Shown here piece by piece: positions 52,999-64,000 of a DNA stretch of 64,000 nt. The notes under the pieces were generated by a model, which was given only the letters and a program-made list of their open reading frames with translations, was not told the origin of the DNA and ran no database searches. The translations under genes were made by a program, and so were the position numbers. The stretch comes from an uncultured Deinococcaceae bacterium. GTDB taxonomy: Bacteria; Deinococcota; Deinococci; Deinococcales; Deinococcaceae. Within the stretch, counting starts at the first letter, position 1. Each line of letters opens with the position of its first letter. The DNA is taken from positions 55,539-119,538 of the forward strand of contig CAXULY010000001.1 of NCBI GenBank assembly GCA_964252075.1, read 5' to 3'.

Positions 52999-54492
52999 TC
53001 AGCGCACCGCGAGGTCCGGCAGGTCCGTCACGGCGCCCGCCACGGACTCGCCCGGCACGGGCTCCGCGCCGTCCACCGTGACCGTGAAGGTCTCCAGCGG
53101 CGGGTAGAAGAACCCGTACTGGCCGTTCGCGTCCGTGGTGGTGCGCGCGACCTCCGTCTCGTCCGACAGCAGGCGCACCGTCGCGCCCGCCACGGGCACC
53201 CCGGCGCGCAGCACGCGGCCCTCCACTGCGCGCAGGTGCTGCGCGTCCGGGCGGTCCAGGGTGGGCGCGGGCGTCGCGAAGGGCCCGCCCGCGCCCGCGA
53301 GTTTCGCGGTGAGTTCCGGCAGCACCGCCTCCGGCGCGCGCTTGTTCGCGTTCACGTCCGGGTCGGGCGTGCGGTAACTGTACGCCGCCCAGCCGTCCAG
53401 GCCCGCCGCGAGCGCCTTGCGCGCCTGGTTCACGCTGTTCTCCTGCGGGTTCAGGTAGATGGCGCTGCCTCCCACCACGCGCCCCAGCCCGCGCGTGCGC
53501 AGCCCGTAGGCGTTCCACTGGTCGTACCAGCTGGACTGGTCCGGAAGGAAATCCCGCTTGTAGTTCATCATGATGCTGGCGTCCAGGTACCCCTGGCGCA
53601 GCCAGCCCGCCCAGTCCTGCAGCACCTCCGTGTACGGCCGGGACTGCGTCCAGCCCGCGTCGTCCGCGGGGCCCGCGCCGTACGTGATGGTCGCGGCGTC
53701 CACCCACACGGTCGGGCGGACCTTCTTCACGGCGAGCGCAATGCGCCGCACCATGTTCGTCACCTGCGCGCGCCGCCAGTCCTTCCACTCGGGGTCGTTC
53801 GGGTCGGGCGTGCCCGCGTGGCCCGTCTCGGCGGCATACCGCGCGAGCGTCACGGGGTTGTACCCCCAGTTCGCGAGGCCCGGCGTGCCGGAGTCCGGGT
53901 AGCGCACGCGGTCCAGCATGATGCCGTCCACGTCATAATTTTTCACCACGCTTGCGTACATGTCCGCGATGTACGCCTCCGCGCCCGGCACGGCGGGGTC
54001 CAGCACCCAGTCCGCGCCGGACTTCACGCTGCCGTCCGCCTTCGCGGTCATCCAGTTGTTCGCGCCCGCCCGCGCGGGGCCGTGCAGGTTGAAGATGTGG
54101 TTCGGGTCGGCGGGCGGCTTCGGGTTGTTCCACGCGGCGGTCGTGATCATCCAGGCGTGCACCTGGATGTTCGCGGCGTGCGCCTTCGTGATAAGGTCCG
54201 CGAGGGAATCGAAGCCCGCTGGAACATCCGGGTCCTCGGTGCGAGGCACGCTCGCGAGGTTGCAGTAGCAGTCCATGCGGCGCCCCACCTGCGCGAACAG
54301 CACGTTCATGTGCAGCGCGCGGGCGTCCGCGACGAGTTTCGTGACCTGCTCGGGCGTCTTGAGGCCCGGACCGAAGGCGTCCACCCACATGCCCCGCCAC
54401 TGCGGGTGCGTGGGCGTCTGGGCCTGCGCGCAGGCGGAGGCGCTCAGGAGCGTGGCGCCCATCAGGGCGAGTCGGAGGAAAGAACGTGGCAT
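52999..54492 (-). CDS. Secreted GHL10/DUF187 (YddW/DigH-like) glycoside hydrolase with C-terminal Ig-like domain
   Basis: Signal peptide; RG.WVDAF, AH...I.VHAW, LDP..P, YDVDGI.LD..RYP, QDW..W...G; C-terminal GATV.L.....T.TDANG.Y. Confidence 0.82.
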   Translation of the reverse strand: MPRSFLRLALMGATLLSASACAQAQTPTHPQWRGMWVDAFGPGLKTPEQVTKLVADARALHMNVLFAQVGRRMDCYCNLASVPRTEDPDVPAGFDSLADLITKAHAANIQVHAWMITTAAWNNPKPPADPNHIFNLHGPARAGANNWMTAKADGSVKSGADWVLDPAVPGAEAYIADMYASVVKNYDVDGIMLDRVRYPDSGTPGLANWGYNPVTLARYAAETGHAGTPDPNDPEWKDWRRAQVTNMVRRIALAVKKVRPTVWVDAATITYGAGPADDAGWTQSRPYTEVLQDWAGWLRQGYLDASIMMNYKRDFLPDQSSWYDQWNAYGLRTRGLGRVVGGSAIYLNPQENSVNQARKALAAGLDGWAAYSYRTPDPDVNANKRAPEAVLPELTAKLAGAGGPFATPAPTLDRPDAQHLRAVEGRVLRAGVPVAGATVRLLSDETEVARTTTDANGQYGFFYPPLETFTVTVDGAEPVPGESVAGAVTDLPDLAVR

Positions 54493-54558
54493 AAGGGTAC
54501 GGACCTCCAGAACAAAGGCGTTGCCCCACATCCTACCCGTGGGGCAACGCGAGGCGGC

Positions 54559-55659
54559 TCAGCGGCTCTGCGTGTCGGCGGCGTCGCGCAGCGCGTCACC
54601 GAAGAAGTTGAAGGCCAGCACGGAAATCACGATGAACACGCCCGGCAGCAGCAGCCACGGGTACAGGCTCAGGGTCTGGAAGTTCTGCGCGTCCTTCAGG
54701 AGGAGCCCCCAGCTGGTCATGGGTTCCTTGATGCCCAGCCCCAGGAACGACAGGGCGCTCTCACCCAGGATGTACCCCGGCAGGGCCAGGGTGGCGGTCA
54801 CCACGAGGTAACTGCTGAGGTTCGGCATGATGTGCCGCAGGATGATGCGCAGGTCACTCGCGCCGATCGCGCCCGCCGCGGACACGTACTCCACGCCGCG
54901 CGCCGCGAGCACCTGCCCGCGCACCACGCGCGCGAGGGTCGCCCAGCCGATCAGCGCGAGCACGCCCACGATGCCCAGGTACACCCACGTGGACGGCCAC
55001 TTCGCGGGAATGATGGTGCTGAGCGCCAGCAGGATCGGGAGGCGCGGGAAGCTGAGAAGCACCTCCACCACACGCTGCAGCAGCGTGTCCACCCACCCGC
55101 CGTAGTACCCGCTCACGCCACCCACAATGATGCCGATCAGGAAGCTCACCACGATGCCGATCACGCCCACCGTGAGGCTCACCTGCCCGCCCACCAGCGT
55201 GCGCGACAGCAGGTCGCGGCCCAACTGGTCCGTGCCGAACGGGAAGTAATTGCCGTCCTTCACGCCGAACAGGTGCAGGTCCGTCAGGATGCCCAGGAAG
55301 CGGTACGGCTCGCCGTGCACGAAGAACAGCACGGGCAGCGGCTTGCTGGTGTCCACCTTGTTCACCTTCGCGAAGGTCACGGGGTCGCGCTTCTGCGTGA
55401 AGCCGTACACGAAGGGCCGCATGAGCTTCCCCTGGTGCACCATGTGCAGGCCCTGCGGCGGCTGGTACTCGCTGCCCTGGTGCTGCGTGGTGATGTTGTA
55501 CGGTGCCAGGAACCCCGCCAGCAGCGCCGACAGGTACAGCAGTGCCAGCAGCCACCCGCCAATCACGCCGAGGCGCGACTTCCGGTACCGCCGCCACGCC
55601 ATCGCGAGCGGACCGGGCGTCGCGGGCGTGGGGGAGGGCGCGCTGGGAACGGCCGTCAC
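54559..55659 (-). CDS. Peptide/oligosaccharide ABC transporter permease (OppC/DppC-like)
   Basis: FGTDQLGRDLLSR, EYV.AA.AIGAS..RII.RHI.PN, E.ALSFLGLG. Confidence 0.94.
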   Translation of the reverse strand: MTAVPSAPSPTPATPGPLAMAWRRYRKSRLGVIGGWLLALLYLSALLAGFLAPYNITTQHQGSEYQPPQGLHMVHQGKLMRPFVYGFTQKRDPVTFAKVNKVDTSKPLPVLFFVHGEPYRFLGILTDLHLFGVKDGNYFPFGTDQLGRDLLSRTLVGGQVSLTVGVIGIVVSFLIGIIVGGVSGYYGGWVDTLLQRVVEVLLSFPRLPILLALSTIIPAKWPSTWVYLGIVGVLALIGWATLARVVRGQVLAARGVEYVSAAGAIGASDLRIILRHIMPNLSSYLVVTATLALPGYILGESALSFLGLGIKEPMTSWGLLLKDAQNFQTLSLYPWLLLPGVFIVISVLAFNFFGDALRDAADTQSR

Positions 55660-55684
55660 GCGCGCCCCCGGGTGTCCGTGTTCG

Positions 55685-56656
55685 TCATGAGTACCTCACG
55701 CGCGGGTCCACCCACGCCAGCGCGATGTCCGCCAGCAGGTTCCCGATCAAGAGCAGGAACGCGGAGAGCATCAGCAGGGTGAGCGCCGTGTACTGGTCCT
55801 TGTTCACGAGGCTGTCGTACAGCAGCGGCCCGATGGTGGGCAGGTTCAGCACGATGGAGATGATGATGGTGCCGGAAATCAGGCTGGGCAGGCTCAGGCC
55901 CGCCAGCGAGATGAGCGGGTTGATGGCGTTGCGCACCGCGTGGCGCCACACCACGACGCGCGGCACGAGGCCCTTGGCTTTCGCGGTCCGCACGTAGTCC
56001 TGACTCAGCACGTCCAGGGTGCTGGCGCGCATCTGCCGCATGAGGCCCGCCACGCCCTCCAGGCCCACCGCGATCACGGGAATCCACAGGTGCGACAGCA
56101 GGTCCCCGACCTTCTGCCAGCTCCACGGCGCGTCGATGTTCGCGGGGGAGAACAACCCGCCCACGTCCCGCCCGCCGAGGGACAGCACGAGCGCCACGAG
56201 CAGCAGCGCCGCGAGGAAGTCCGGCACGGCCAGCCCGATGTACCCCACGAAGTTCGCGACACCCGCCGCCCAGCCGTTGCGGTTGAGCGCGGTGTAAATG
56301 CCGAGCGGCACCGCGATGAGCCAGCTGATGAGCAGCGTGACCGCCGCGATGAACACCGTCCAGCCCATGCGCTCCCCGATCAGGCTGAGGACGGGCCGCT
56401 GGTTCAGGAAGGAGTACCCGAAGTCCAGGTGCGTCACGACGCCCCACAGCCACTTCAGGTACTGCACGGGCGCGGGCTGGTCGAGGCCCAGCTGCCGCGT
56501 GATGGTCGCGACGGTCTCCTTCGTGAAGCGCGGGTCCTCGAGGTACTGGTCGGTGAAGCTGCCGGGCTGCAACTTGATGACCGCGAAGCAGATCACGCTG
56601 ATGACCAGCAGCGTGGGAATCATGCCCAGCACCCGGCGGACAATGAAGGTCAACAT
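55685..56656 (-). CDS. Peptide/oligosaccharide ABC transporter permease (OppB/DppB-like)
   Basis: GLDQP..VQY..W, DFGYS, DYVRTAKAKGL, HA.RNA, DPRVR. Confidence 0.94.
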   Translation of the reverse strand: MLTFIVRRVLGMIPTLLVISVICFAVIKLQPGSFTDQYLEDPRFTKETVATITRQLGLDQPAPVQYLKWLWGVVTHLDFGYSFLNQRPVLSLIGERMGWTVFIAAVTLLISWLIAVPLGIYTALNRNGWAAGVANFVGYIGLAVPDFLAALLLVALVLSLGGRDVGGLFSPANIDAPWSWQKVGDLLSHLWIPVIAVGLEGVAGLMRQMRASTLDVLSQDYVRTAKAKGLVPRVVVWRHAVRNAINPLISLAGLSLPSLISGTIIISIVLNLPTIGPLLYDSLVNKDQYTALTLLMLSAFLLLIGNLLADIALAWVDPRVRYS

Positions 56657-56700
56657 GCTCGGACTCCACTCATGGCGTGCAATTCACCCTGGCTCCTGCG

Positions 56701-58443
56701 TCACTTCAGGTAAATGAAGGTGTTGGTGTTGTAGGTCGGGATGGGCCCCAGGTTGTACACGAAGTTGCCCACCTTGTCGCTGACGGCGGCGAGGTTGTCC
56801 GGCTTGGCGATCATGATGACGGGGAGGTTCGTGGCGAACAGCCGCTGCCACTCACCGTACAGCGCCCTGCGTTTCGCCTGGTCCGTCACGGTGGCCGCCT
56901 GGTCGAAGATGTCGTACGTGCGTTTCTCCCACGGCAGCATCGCCGCGAAATTCGGCGTGCCGTCCGCGTTGCGGGTGGAGAGGTGCCAGTAGTGCAGCGC
57001 CTGGCCGGGCTGCCAGATCTCGCGGCGCAGCTGCGGGTCGCTCTGGTCGCCGAAGGCGAGCAGCATCGCCTCGTAGTTCCCGCTCTGCCCGGTGCCGAGC
57101 AGGTTCGCGACGAGGGCGCCCTTGAGGTTCACCTTCACGCCGATGCTCTTCAGGTCGTTCTGCAAGATGGTGGTGAGCGCCGGGTACACCGTGCTGTCCG
57201 TGCCGTACGTGAGGTCAAACTCCAGCGGCTTGCCGGGCGCGATGTTGCGCACGCCGTCCCCGTCGGTGTCCTTGAGGCCCATCGCGTCGAGCTTCGCGGC
57301 GGCAGCCTTCAGGTCGAAGGTCCCGAGCTGCGCGGTGGTGTTCACGTAGAAGCTGTCGATGGGGGACACGCCGTGACCCGGCAGCACCGCGATGGTGTTG
57401 TACACGTCGTCGATGATGCGCTTGCGGTTGATGGCGAGCTGCATCGCCTGCCGGAAGCGCAGGTCCCGGAAGACCTTCTTCAGGTCCGCGTCCTTCGCGT
57501 CGAAGTTGAAGGCGAGGTGCGGGGGGCTGCCGAACAGCGCCTTGGAGCGCAGCACCTTGAAGGGCGCGCCGGACACCTCGCGCTGCTTCAGGTCCGGGAA
57601 CTGCGCGCCGTTGATGTTCACCGCCTGCAGGTTCCCCGCGAGGAACTGCGCGACCTGCTGCTGCGGGTCGCGGATGATCAGGTACTGCAGCTTGTCGAGG
57701 TACGGCAGTTTCTGACCCTTGGCGTCCACCTTCCAGTAGTAGGGGTTCTTGCTCAGGGTCACCTTCTGGCCCGCCACGTACCCGGCGAGCGCGAAGGGGC
57801 CCGTGCCCACCACCTCGCTGGGCTTGGTGGCGGTGCCCCAGAACTGGTTGAACTTCACGGGGTCCTTGAGGGGGTCCAGGGCGGTGAACTTGTGCTTCGG
57901 GAAGATGAACGTCCGCATGACCTGCAGGAAGGCCCCGGCGGGCTGTGCGGTCGTCATGCGGACCGTCATGCCGTCCACCTTCTCGACCTTCACGGTCTTC
58001 CCGCCGAAGGTCATGTTCGGCACCTGGTTGGCGCGCACCTCGGGGTTCAGGATGATGCTGTTGTACGTGAACACCACGTCGTCCGCCGTGAAGGGCTTCC
58101 CGTCACTCCACCGCACGCCGGGGCGCAGCTTGAAGGTCCACACGCGGCCGTCCTTGGAGAGCGTCCAGGACTCCGCGAGGGCGGGCTCCAGCTGGTACGT
58201 CGCGAGGTTGTACTCCACGAGGCCCTCGTACACGTTGTTCAAGAGCACGTACGCGTTGTTGTCGATGGCGCCGTAGTAATTGAAGGTCTGTGGGCTGTCC
58301 CCGAGCGCGAGGGTGTACGTGCCGCCCTCCTTGCCGCTCGTGATGTTCAGGGCTTTGAGGTTGGTGCCCGCCACTTTCGGGGCGGCGGTGGCGGACGCGG
58401 CGAGGCCGAGCGTGAGGCTGAAGAGGAGCAGGGTGGAGCGCAC
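56701..58443 (-). CDS. ABC transporter substrate-binding protein, family 5 (copy B)
   Basis: Signal peptide; PALAESW..S.DG..WTFKLR.GV.WSDG.PFTADDV, GTGPF. Confidence 0.94.
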   Translation of the reverse strand: MRSTLLLFSLTLGLAASATAAPKVAGTNLKALNITSGKEGGTYTLALGDSPQTFNYYGAIDNNAYVLLNNVYEGLVEYNLATYQLEPALAESWTLSKDGRVWTFKLRPGVRWSDGKPFTADDVVFTYNSIILNPEVRANQVPNMTFGGKTVKVEKVDGMTVRMTTAQPAGAFLQVMRTFIFPKHKFTALDPLKDPVKFNQFWGTATKPSEVVGTGPFALAGYVAGQKVTLSKNPYYWKVDAKGQKLPYLDKLQYLIIRDPQQQVAQFLAGNLQAVNINGAQFPDLKQREVSGAPFKVLRSKALFGSPPHLAFNFDAKDADLKKVFRDLRFRQAMQLAINRKRIIDDVYNTIAVLPGHGVSPIDSFYVNTTAQLGTFDLKAAAAKLDAMGLKDTDGDGVRNIAPGKPLEFDLTYGTDSTVYPALTTILQNDLKSIGVKVNLKGALVANLLGTGQSGNYEAMLLAFGDQSDPQLRREIWQPGQALHYWHLSTRNADGTPNFAAMLPWEKRTYDIFDQAATVTDQAKRRALYGEWQRLFATNLPVIMIAKPDNLAAVSDKVGNFVYNLGPIPTYNTNTFIYLK

Positions 58444-58476
58444 GGGTTACCTCCTGGGGCGGGCATCGAGACATGA

Positions 58477-58511
58477 ACGGTGGGCGCCCGGACGCTGCGG
58501 GCGCCCACCGT
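58477..58511 (-). terminator. Intercistronic hairpin between the two SBP genes
   Basis: ACGGTGGGCGCCCG-7 nt-CGGGCGCCCACCGT perfect 14-bp stem. Confidence 0.6.
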
Positions 58512-58520
58512 CGGGCTCAG

Positions 58521-60290
<1,770 letters not shown>

Positions 60291-60327
60291 AGTGGCCTCC
60301 AGGGTCGCCCGTATTGCAAAAACACTG

Positions 60328-60363
60328 TGGAACCACTTTAGTACCAATTTGACCGCCATGCAA
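60328..60363 (-). promoter_or_regulatory. sigma70 promoter with palindromic operator straddling -10
   Basis: Minus strand TTGCAT-17 bp-TAAAGT; imperfect palindrome TGGAAC-N7-GTACCA at 60328-60346. Confidence 0.6.
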
Positions 60364-60401
60364 GGTTCAGCTTGTCGTGCGCCCCGTCTGGACCAGCACT
60401 T

Positions 60402-61328
60402 TCACGCGCGCGGCTCCACCCGCAGCGCCCTGCGCGCACTGTGGTAGCGCCGCCACACCCGGAAGCCGCTCCCCTCGTAGAAGGGCGCGATGCCCGTCCA
60501 GTCAATCCCCATGTGCGTCACGCCGCGCGCCGCGAGGGCCCGCATGCCCGCGTGCAGCAGCGCCCGCCCCGCCCCGCGCCCACGCTCCTCGGGGTGCAGG
60601 CCCATCGGGCCGAGACCGCCCGCCACCCCACCCGCCGCCCCGCCTGTCAGCGCGTCCGCCCACAGACCGCTCGGGAGCGGCACCGGGTCGTCCGCGCGGC
60701 CCACCAGCGCGAAGCCGCGCACCACCGACCCCCGCGTGAGGACCAGCACCTGCTGCGGCGCGAGCGCCGCCACCCGCAGCGCGTCCCACCGCCAGCGCCC
60801 GGGAAACACCTCCGTCAGGAACGCGTCCAGCGCGCCCACGTCTTGCAGGGCGCCGACCTCCCCACCCGCGACCAAGGGGGCGACCGGCAGGTCATTCAGC
60901 GCGTGCCGCAGGTCGCAGGCCGCTGCGGCACCCACCGTGTACCCGCGCTGCGCGAGGAACCCGCCGCGCCCCTCCGGCGGGCCGGGAAAGAAATGCCAGG
61001 GCTCGCCGCCCGCCACGACCTCCCGCGCGCCCAGCGCGGTCAGGCGCGCCTCCGCCCACGCCAGCAGCGCGCCGCCCACCCCCGCACCGCGCGCGTCCGG
61101 GTGCACCAGCAGGTACCGCAGGTGCCCCACCTCACTGCGCGGCGCCCACGGCGTTCCGGGCGGCGCGACCTCCACCGCCCCGATCAGCCGCCCGCCCGCG
61201 CGCACCACGTGCCGGTTCGCGGCGTCCCCCCAGCGGAAGCGCAGGCCGTCCAGCGACACGGAGTGATCCGGCAGCGCCGCCTGCCACAGCGTCCACACGG
61301 CGCGCATCTCCTGGTCGGGAACGGTCAC
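60402..61328 (-). CDS. Tandem GNAT acetyltransferase
   Basis: VHPDARGAGVG and GPMGLHPEERGRGAG motifs, IDWT....FY...GF. Confidence 0.88.
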   Translation of the reverse strand: MTVPDQEMRAVWTLWQAALPDHSVSLDGLRFRWGDAANRHVVRAGGRLIGAVEVAPPGTPWAPRSEVGHLRYLLVHPDARGAGVGGALLAWAEARLTALGAREVVAGGEPWHFFPGPPEGRGGFLAQRGYTVGAAAACDLRHALNDLPVAPLVAGGEVGALQDVGALDAFLTEVFPGRWRWDALRVAALAPQQVLVLTRGSVVRGFALVGRADDPVPLPSGLWADALTGGAAGGVAGGLGPMGLHPEERGRGAGRALLHAGMRALAARGVTHMGIDWTGIAPFYEGSGFRVWRRYHSARRALRVEPRA

Positions 61329-61363
61329 GCGGCGCACTCTAGCGCCTGTGCGAGACTGACCGC

Positions 61364-62140
61364 ATGAACCAACTCAGGGTGGTGGTCATCACGGGCGCCG
61401 CGCAGGGCATCGGGCGGCGGTGCGCGGAAGTCTTCGCTCAGGCCGGGTACGCGCTCGCGCTGTACGACCGGCTTCCCCTCGACACGCTGCTGCAGGACCT
61501 CCCGCACGGCACGGACGCCATCGCCTTCAGCGGCGACGTCACGGACGAGGCCGCCATCGAACGTTGCCGGGAAGCCACCGACCGCCGCTGGGGTCACGTG
61601 GACGCCCTCGTGAACAACGCTGGCATCAGCCTCATCCAGCCCGCCGAGGACACCACCTCCGACGAATTCCGCACGGTCCTCGACGTGAACCTCACCGGGC
61701 CCTTCCTGCTCAGCCGCACCTTCGGCATCGGCATGCTGCGGCGCGGCGCGGGCAGCATCGTGAACATCGCGTCCGTCGCGGGCCTCCTGGGCATCGCGGA
61801 CCGCGCGGCGTACAACGCCAGCAAGCACGGCCTGATCGGCCTCACGCGCACGCTCGCCGCCGAGTGGGGCGGGCGCGGCGTGCGCGTGAACGCCGTGTGC
61901 CCCGGCTGGGTGAAGACGGAGATGGACGTCCGCGACCTCGCGAGCGGCGCGTACACCGACGCGGACATTGAGGCGCGCGTCCCCATGGGGCGCTTCGCGA
62001 GCCCCGACGACATCGCGCGCGCCGCCCTGTACCTCGCGGACCCCACCCTGAGCCCCTTCGTGAACGGCGTGGCGCTCAGCGTGGACGGCGGCTGGGCGGC
62101 GGACGGCAGCTGGGACAGCCTGCGCCTCCGCATGCGCTAG
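61364..62140 (+). CDS. Short-chain dehydrogenase/reductase
   Basis: TGAAQGIG, NNAG, YNASK, VNAVCPG, VDGG. Confidence 0.95.
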   Translation: MNQLRVVVITGAAQGIGRRCAEVFAQAGYALALYDRLPLDTLLQDLPHGTDAIAFSGDVTDEAAIERCREATDRRWGHVDALVNNAGISLIQPAEDTTSDEFRTVLDVNLTGPFLLSRTFGIGMLRRGAGSIVNIASVAGLLGIADRAAYNASKHGLIGLTRTLAAEWGGRGVRVNAVCPGWVKTEMDVRDLASGAYTDADIEARVPMGRFASPDDIARAALYLADPTLSPFVNGVALSVDGGWAADGSWDSLRLRMR

Positions 62141-62146
62141 GCGCCC

Positions 62147-62644
62147 TCATCGCTCGAAGGGCAGCAGCAGGTCGGTGTCCGGGCCAAGCGGGTACGGGTG
62201 ACCCAGCACCCGCCCGAGCGCCAGCATCTGACCCTTGTGGTGAAACTCGTGCGTGACGGGATGCATGATCAGCCAGCGCCGCGTGACCTGCAGGGGCGCG
62301 TGCGGGCCGTCCAGCAGGTCCAGCGGTGCGTCCAGGTCACCGAAGGTCTCGAAGGCCTGCTCCAGCACCGCGTCCACGCGGGCGAACAGGTCACGCACCG
62401 CGCTCACGTCCGCGAAGCGGGCGGCGACCAGCGACGACCGGTCCACCTCAAGCCGCAGGCCGCGCGCGCCCACCCACAGCAGGTAACAGCCCGCCACGTG
62501 CACGTGGATGTTCCGCAGGCTGCCGTACGCGAAATTTGGGTGTTCCCGCGTGAACAGCTCGGGCGGCAGCGACTCCAGCCACCCGAACACCCGCTCGCGC
62601 GACCCCCTCACCCAGCCGTACACGAGGCGCAGATCGTCGTTCAT
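62147..62644 (-). CDS. DinB/YfiT family protein
   Basis: S.R....H.A.CY..W and H..THEFHHKGQ. Confidence 0.88.
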   Translation of the reverse strand: MNDDLRLVYGWVRGSRERVFGWLESLPPELFTREHPNFAYGSLRNIHVHVAGCYLLWVGARGLRLEVDRSSLVAARFADVSAVRDLFARVDAVLEQAFETFGDLDAPLDLLDGPHAPLQVTRRWLIMHPVTHEFHHKGQMLALGRVLGHPYPLGPDTDLLLPFER

Positions 62645-63411
62645 GCGTTCATCCTCGCACGCAGGGCCGCCCGAGGGTCGCCCGCCTCCGCGACCGCCAG
62701 CGCGAACCCCGCGAGCCGCGCCAGCCCCAGCGGCGGGTACCCCACCGCACGCGCGATCTCATCGCCGTACATCGCCGCGAACTGCGTCGGGTAGTGGGTG
62801 CTGTCCAGCAGAGGGGTCAACACCTCCCCGGTGTAGGTCAGTTCCTCCCGGTCGAGTAAACGTATATCGCCTGCAAAGGCCAGCGCCCGCCCCTCCTGAC
62901 GCAGCATGTCCCTCAGGGTCCGCACCCGTCCGAAACGCTGCTGGTGCGCCGCCCGGTACAGCGCCGCCCGCACCTCCTGACGCACGTAGGCGGCGGTGGG
63001 CTCCACGTCCGTCCACAGTTGCACCGTCACCCAGCGCGGCTCCGCGGGCGCGCCCGGCACCACATCCCTGCGCTGGGCGAACCGCCACTCGGCGTCCGTC
63101 AGCCAGCGCTGCGTCCAGCCGTTGCGCGGCTCATCCGTGACCACCAGCAGCACCCGGCAGCCCAGCGTCACCGCATCCAGTTCGCCCGCCACCTCCAGCG
63201 CTGCCCCCTCCGCCACGCGCTCCGCCCCCAGACCCAGCAGCGTGTTCAGGTACGCTGGCTGCCGCTGCCCCATCGGGCTGAACGCGCCGAGCGGCAGCAG
63301 CTCCGGGCCCTCCAGCATCAGCGCCTTGTACGCCAGGTAGCGCGGCCACACGCCCTGCACGTCGTACAGCGCGCGCAGCTGGGCCAGGATGGGCACGACC
63401 TGCACCTTCAT
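62641..63411 (-). CDS. Hypothetical protein
   Basis: Open frame overlapping the DinB start (ATGA); no recognised motif. Confidence 0.7.
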   Translation of the reverse strand: MKVQVVPILAQLRALYDVQGVWPRYLAYKALMLEGPELLPLGAFSPMGQRQPAYLNTLLGLGAERVAEGAALEVAGELDAVTLGCRVLLVVTDEPRNGWTQRWLTDAEWRFAQRRDVVPGAPAEPRWVTVQLWTDVEPTAAYVRQEVRAALYRAAHQQRFGRVRTLRDMLRQEGRALAFAGDIRLLDREELTYTGEVLTPLLDSTHYPTQFAAMYGDEIARAVGYPPLGLARLAGFALAVAEAGDPRAALRARMNA

Positions 63412-63475
63412 GCCGCTCAGTGTGCGCCCGGTCTGCACGGGGCGCATCGGCCAGCTGACCGATGCGCCCCGACCG

Positions 63476-63934
63476 TCACGCCCGGCGGTACTCCGCGCTG
63501 AGGAAGTCCGTGAAGTCCGCCTGCCCGGTGGGTCGCGTCCGGATGCGCTGCGCCCAGGTGTCCGCTTGTGGGGTGAAGCGGTACTCGGTCTCGCCGCGCG
63601 GGGAGCGTTTCGTCAGCACCAGTGTGTCGCCCGTCCAGTCCCCGCGCGCGGGCTCCAGGGGCGGGAAGCCGAAGTCGTCGAACCAGAACCACAGCACCTC
63701 GCCGCTCTCCGGGTCCAGCGTGAACACCCCGTGCCCAGACAGGCCGCCTGACCCGAAGTGCTGCGTGTACGTCTGCGCGAGCGCCGTGCCGCCCGCCACC
63801 ACCTCGACGTGGTACCGCCCCGAAGCAACGCCGCCCGCCGACCATGGGGAGGGCGACATGCGTTCCTCGCCCGCCCAGTCGCCCACGAAGGCCACCAGCC
63901 GCCCGAAACGCGCCCGCAGTTCCGTCCTGTCCAC
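63476..63934 (-). CDS. DUF1579-like beta-barrel protein
   Basis: FVG.W.GEE.M..SPW, GHGVF..D......WFD..GF. Confidence 0.7.
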   Translation of the reverse strand: MDRTELRARFGRLVAFVGDWAGEERMSPSPWSAGGVASGRYHVEVVAGGTALAQTYTQHFGSGGLSGHGVFTLDPESGEVLWFWFDDFGFPPLEPARGDWTGDTLVLTKRSPRGETEYRFTPQADTWAQRIRTRPTGQADFTDFLSAEYRRA

Positions 63935-63943
63935 CCGCCGAGC

Positions 63944-64000
63944 CTACACCTCGGCGGGCTGCTCGTTCTGCGCCTGCTGCGTCAGGAAGCCCTTCACGGC
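63944..64000 (-). CDS. 3' end of an unidentified gene entering from the right
   Basis: Open frame ...AVKGFLTQQAQNEQPAEV-stop (TAG 63944-63946) with GC3-rich codons. Confidence 0.55.
   Translation of the reverse strand, partial: AVKGFLTQQAQNEQPAEV

Overview
High-GC bacterial chromosomal DNA, most consistent with a Deinococcus species. This is inferred from a giant TamB, many leaderless genes, and the overall gene content. Positions 1-16022 hold the right part of a contractile injection system (eCIS/CIS, Afp/PVC/Streptomyces-CIS-like), split into two divergent operons around an AT-rich promoter region. The leftward arm encodes PAAR, DUF4255/Afp16-like, an Afp15-like AAA+ ATPase, gp25, baseplate J and an FHA-domain protein that runs off the window. 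The rightward arm encodes the sheath, tube 1, a tail-assembly-chaperone-like protein, an unannotated 57-aa ORF, tube 2, a 1643-aa Pro/Ala-rich DUF4157 protein with an exact 300-bp internal duplication, and an orphan 396-aa candidate cargo protein. Next is a short decayed patch (SRPBCC, an orphan response regulator, a DUF421-like pseudogene). The rest is mostly housekeeping and metabolism: sucCD, ABC-F, tamB, acyP, P450, polyprenyl synthase, purM, meaB, a DeoR-regulated galactoside operon, Hsp20, miaA, and a probable cell-wall-fragment uptake cluster. A candidate sRNA/attenuator lies at about 35.7-35.86 kb. No rRNA, tRNA, CRISPR array, transposase or integrase was recognised. All family assignments come from motif recognition by eye, not database searches.
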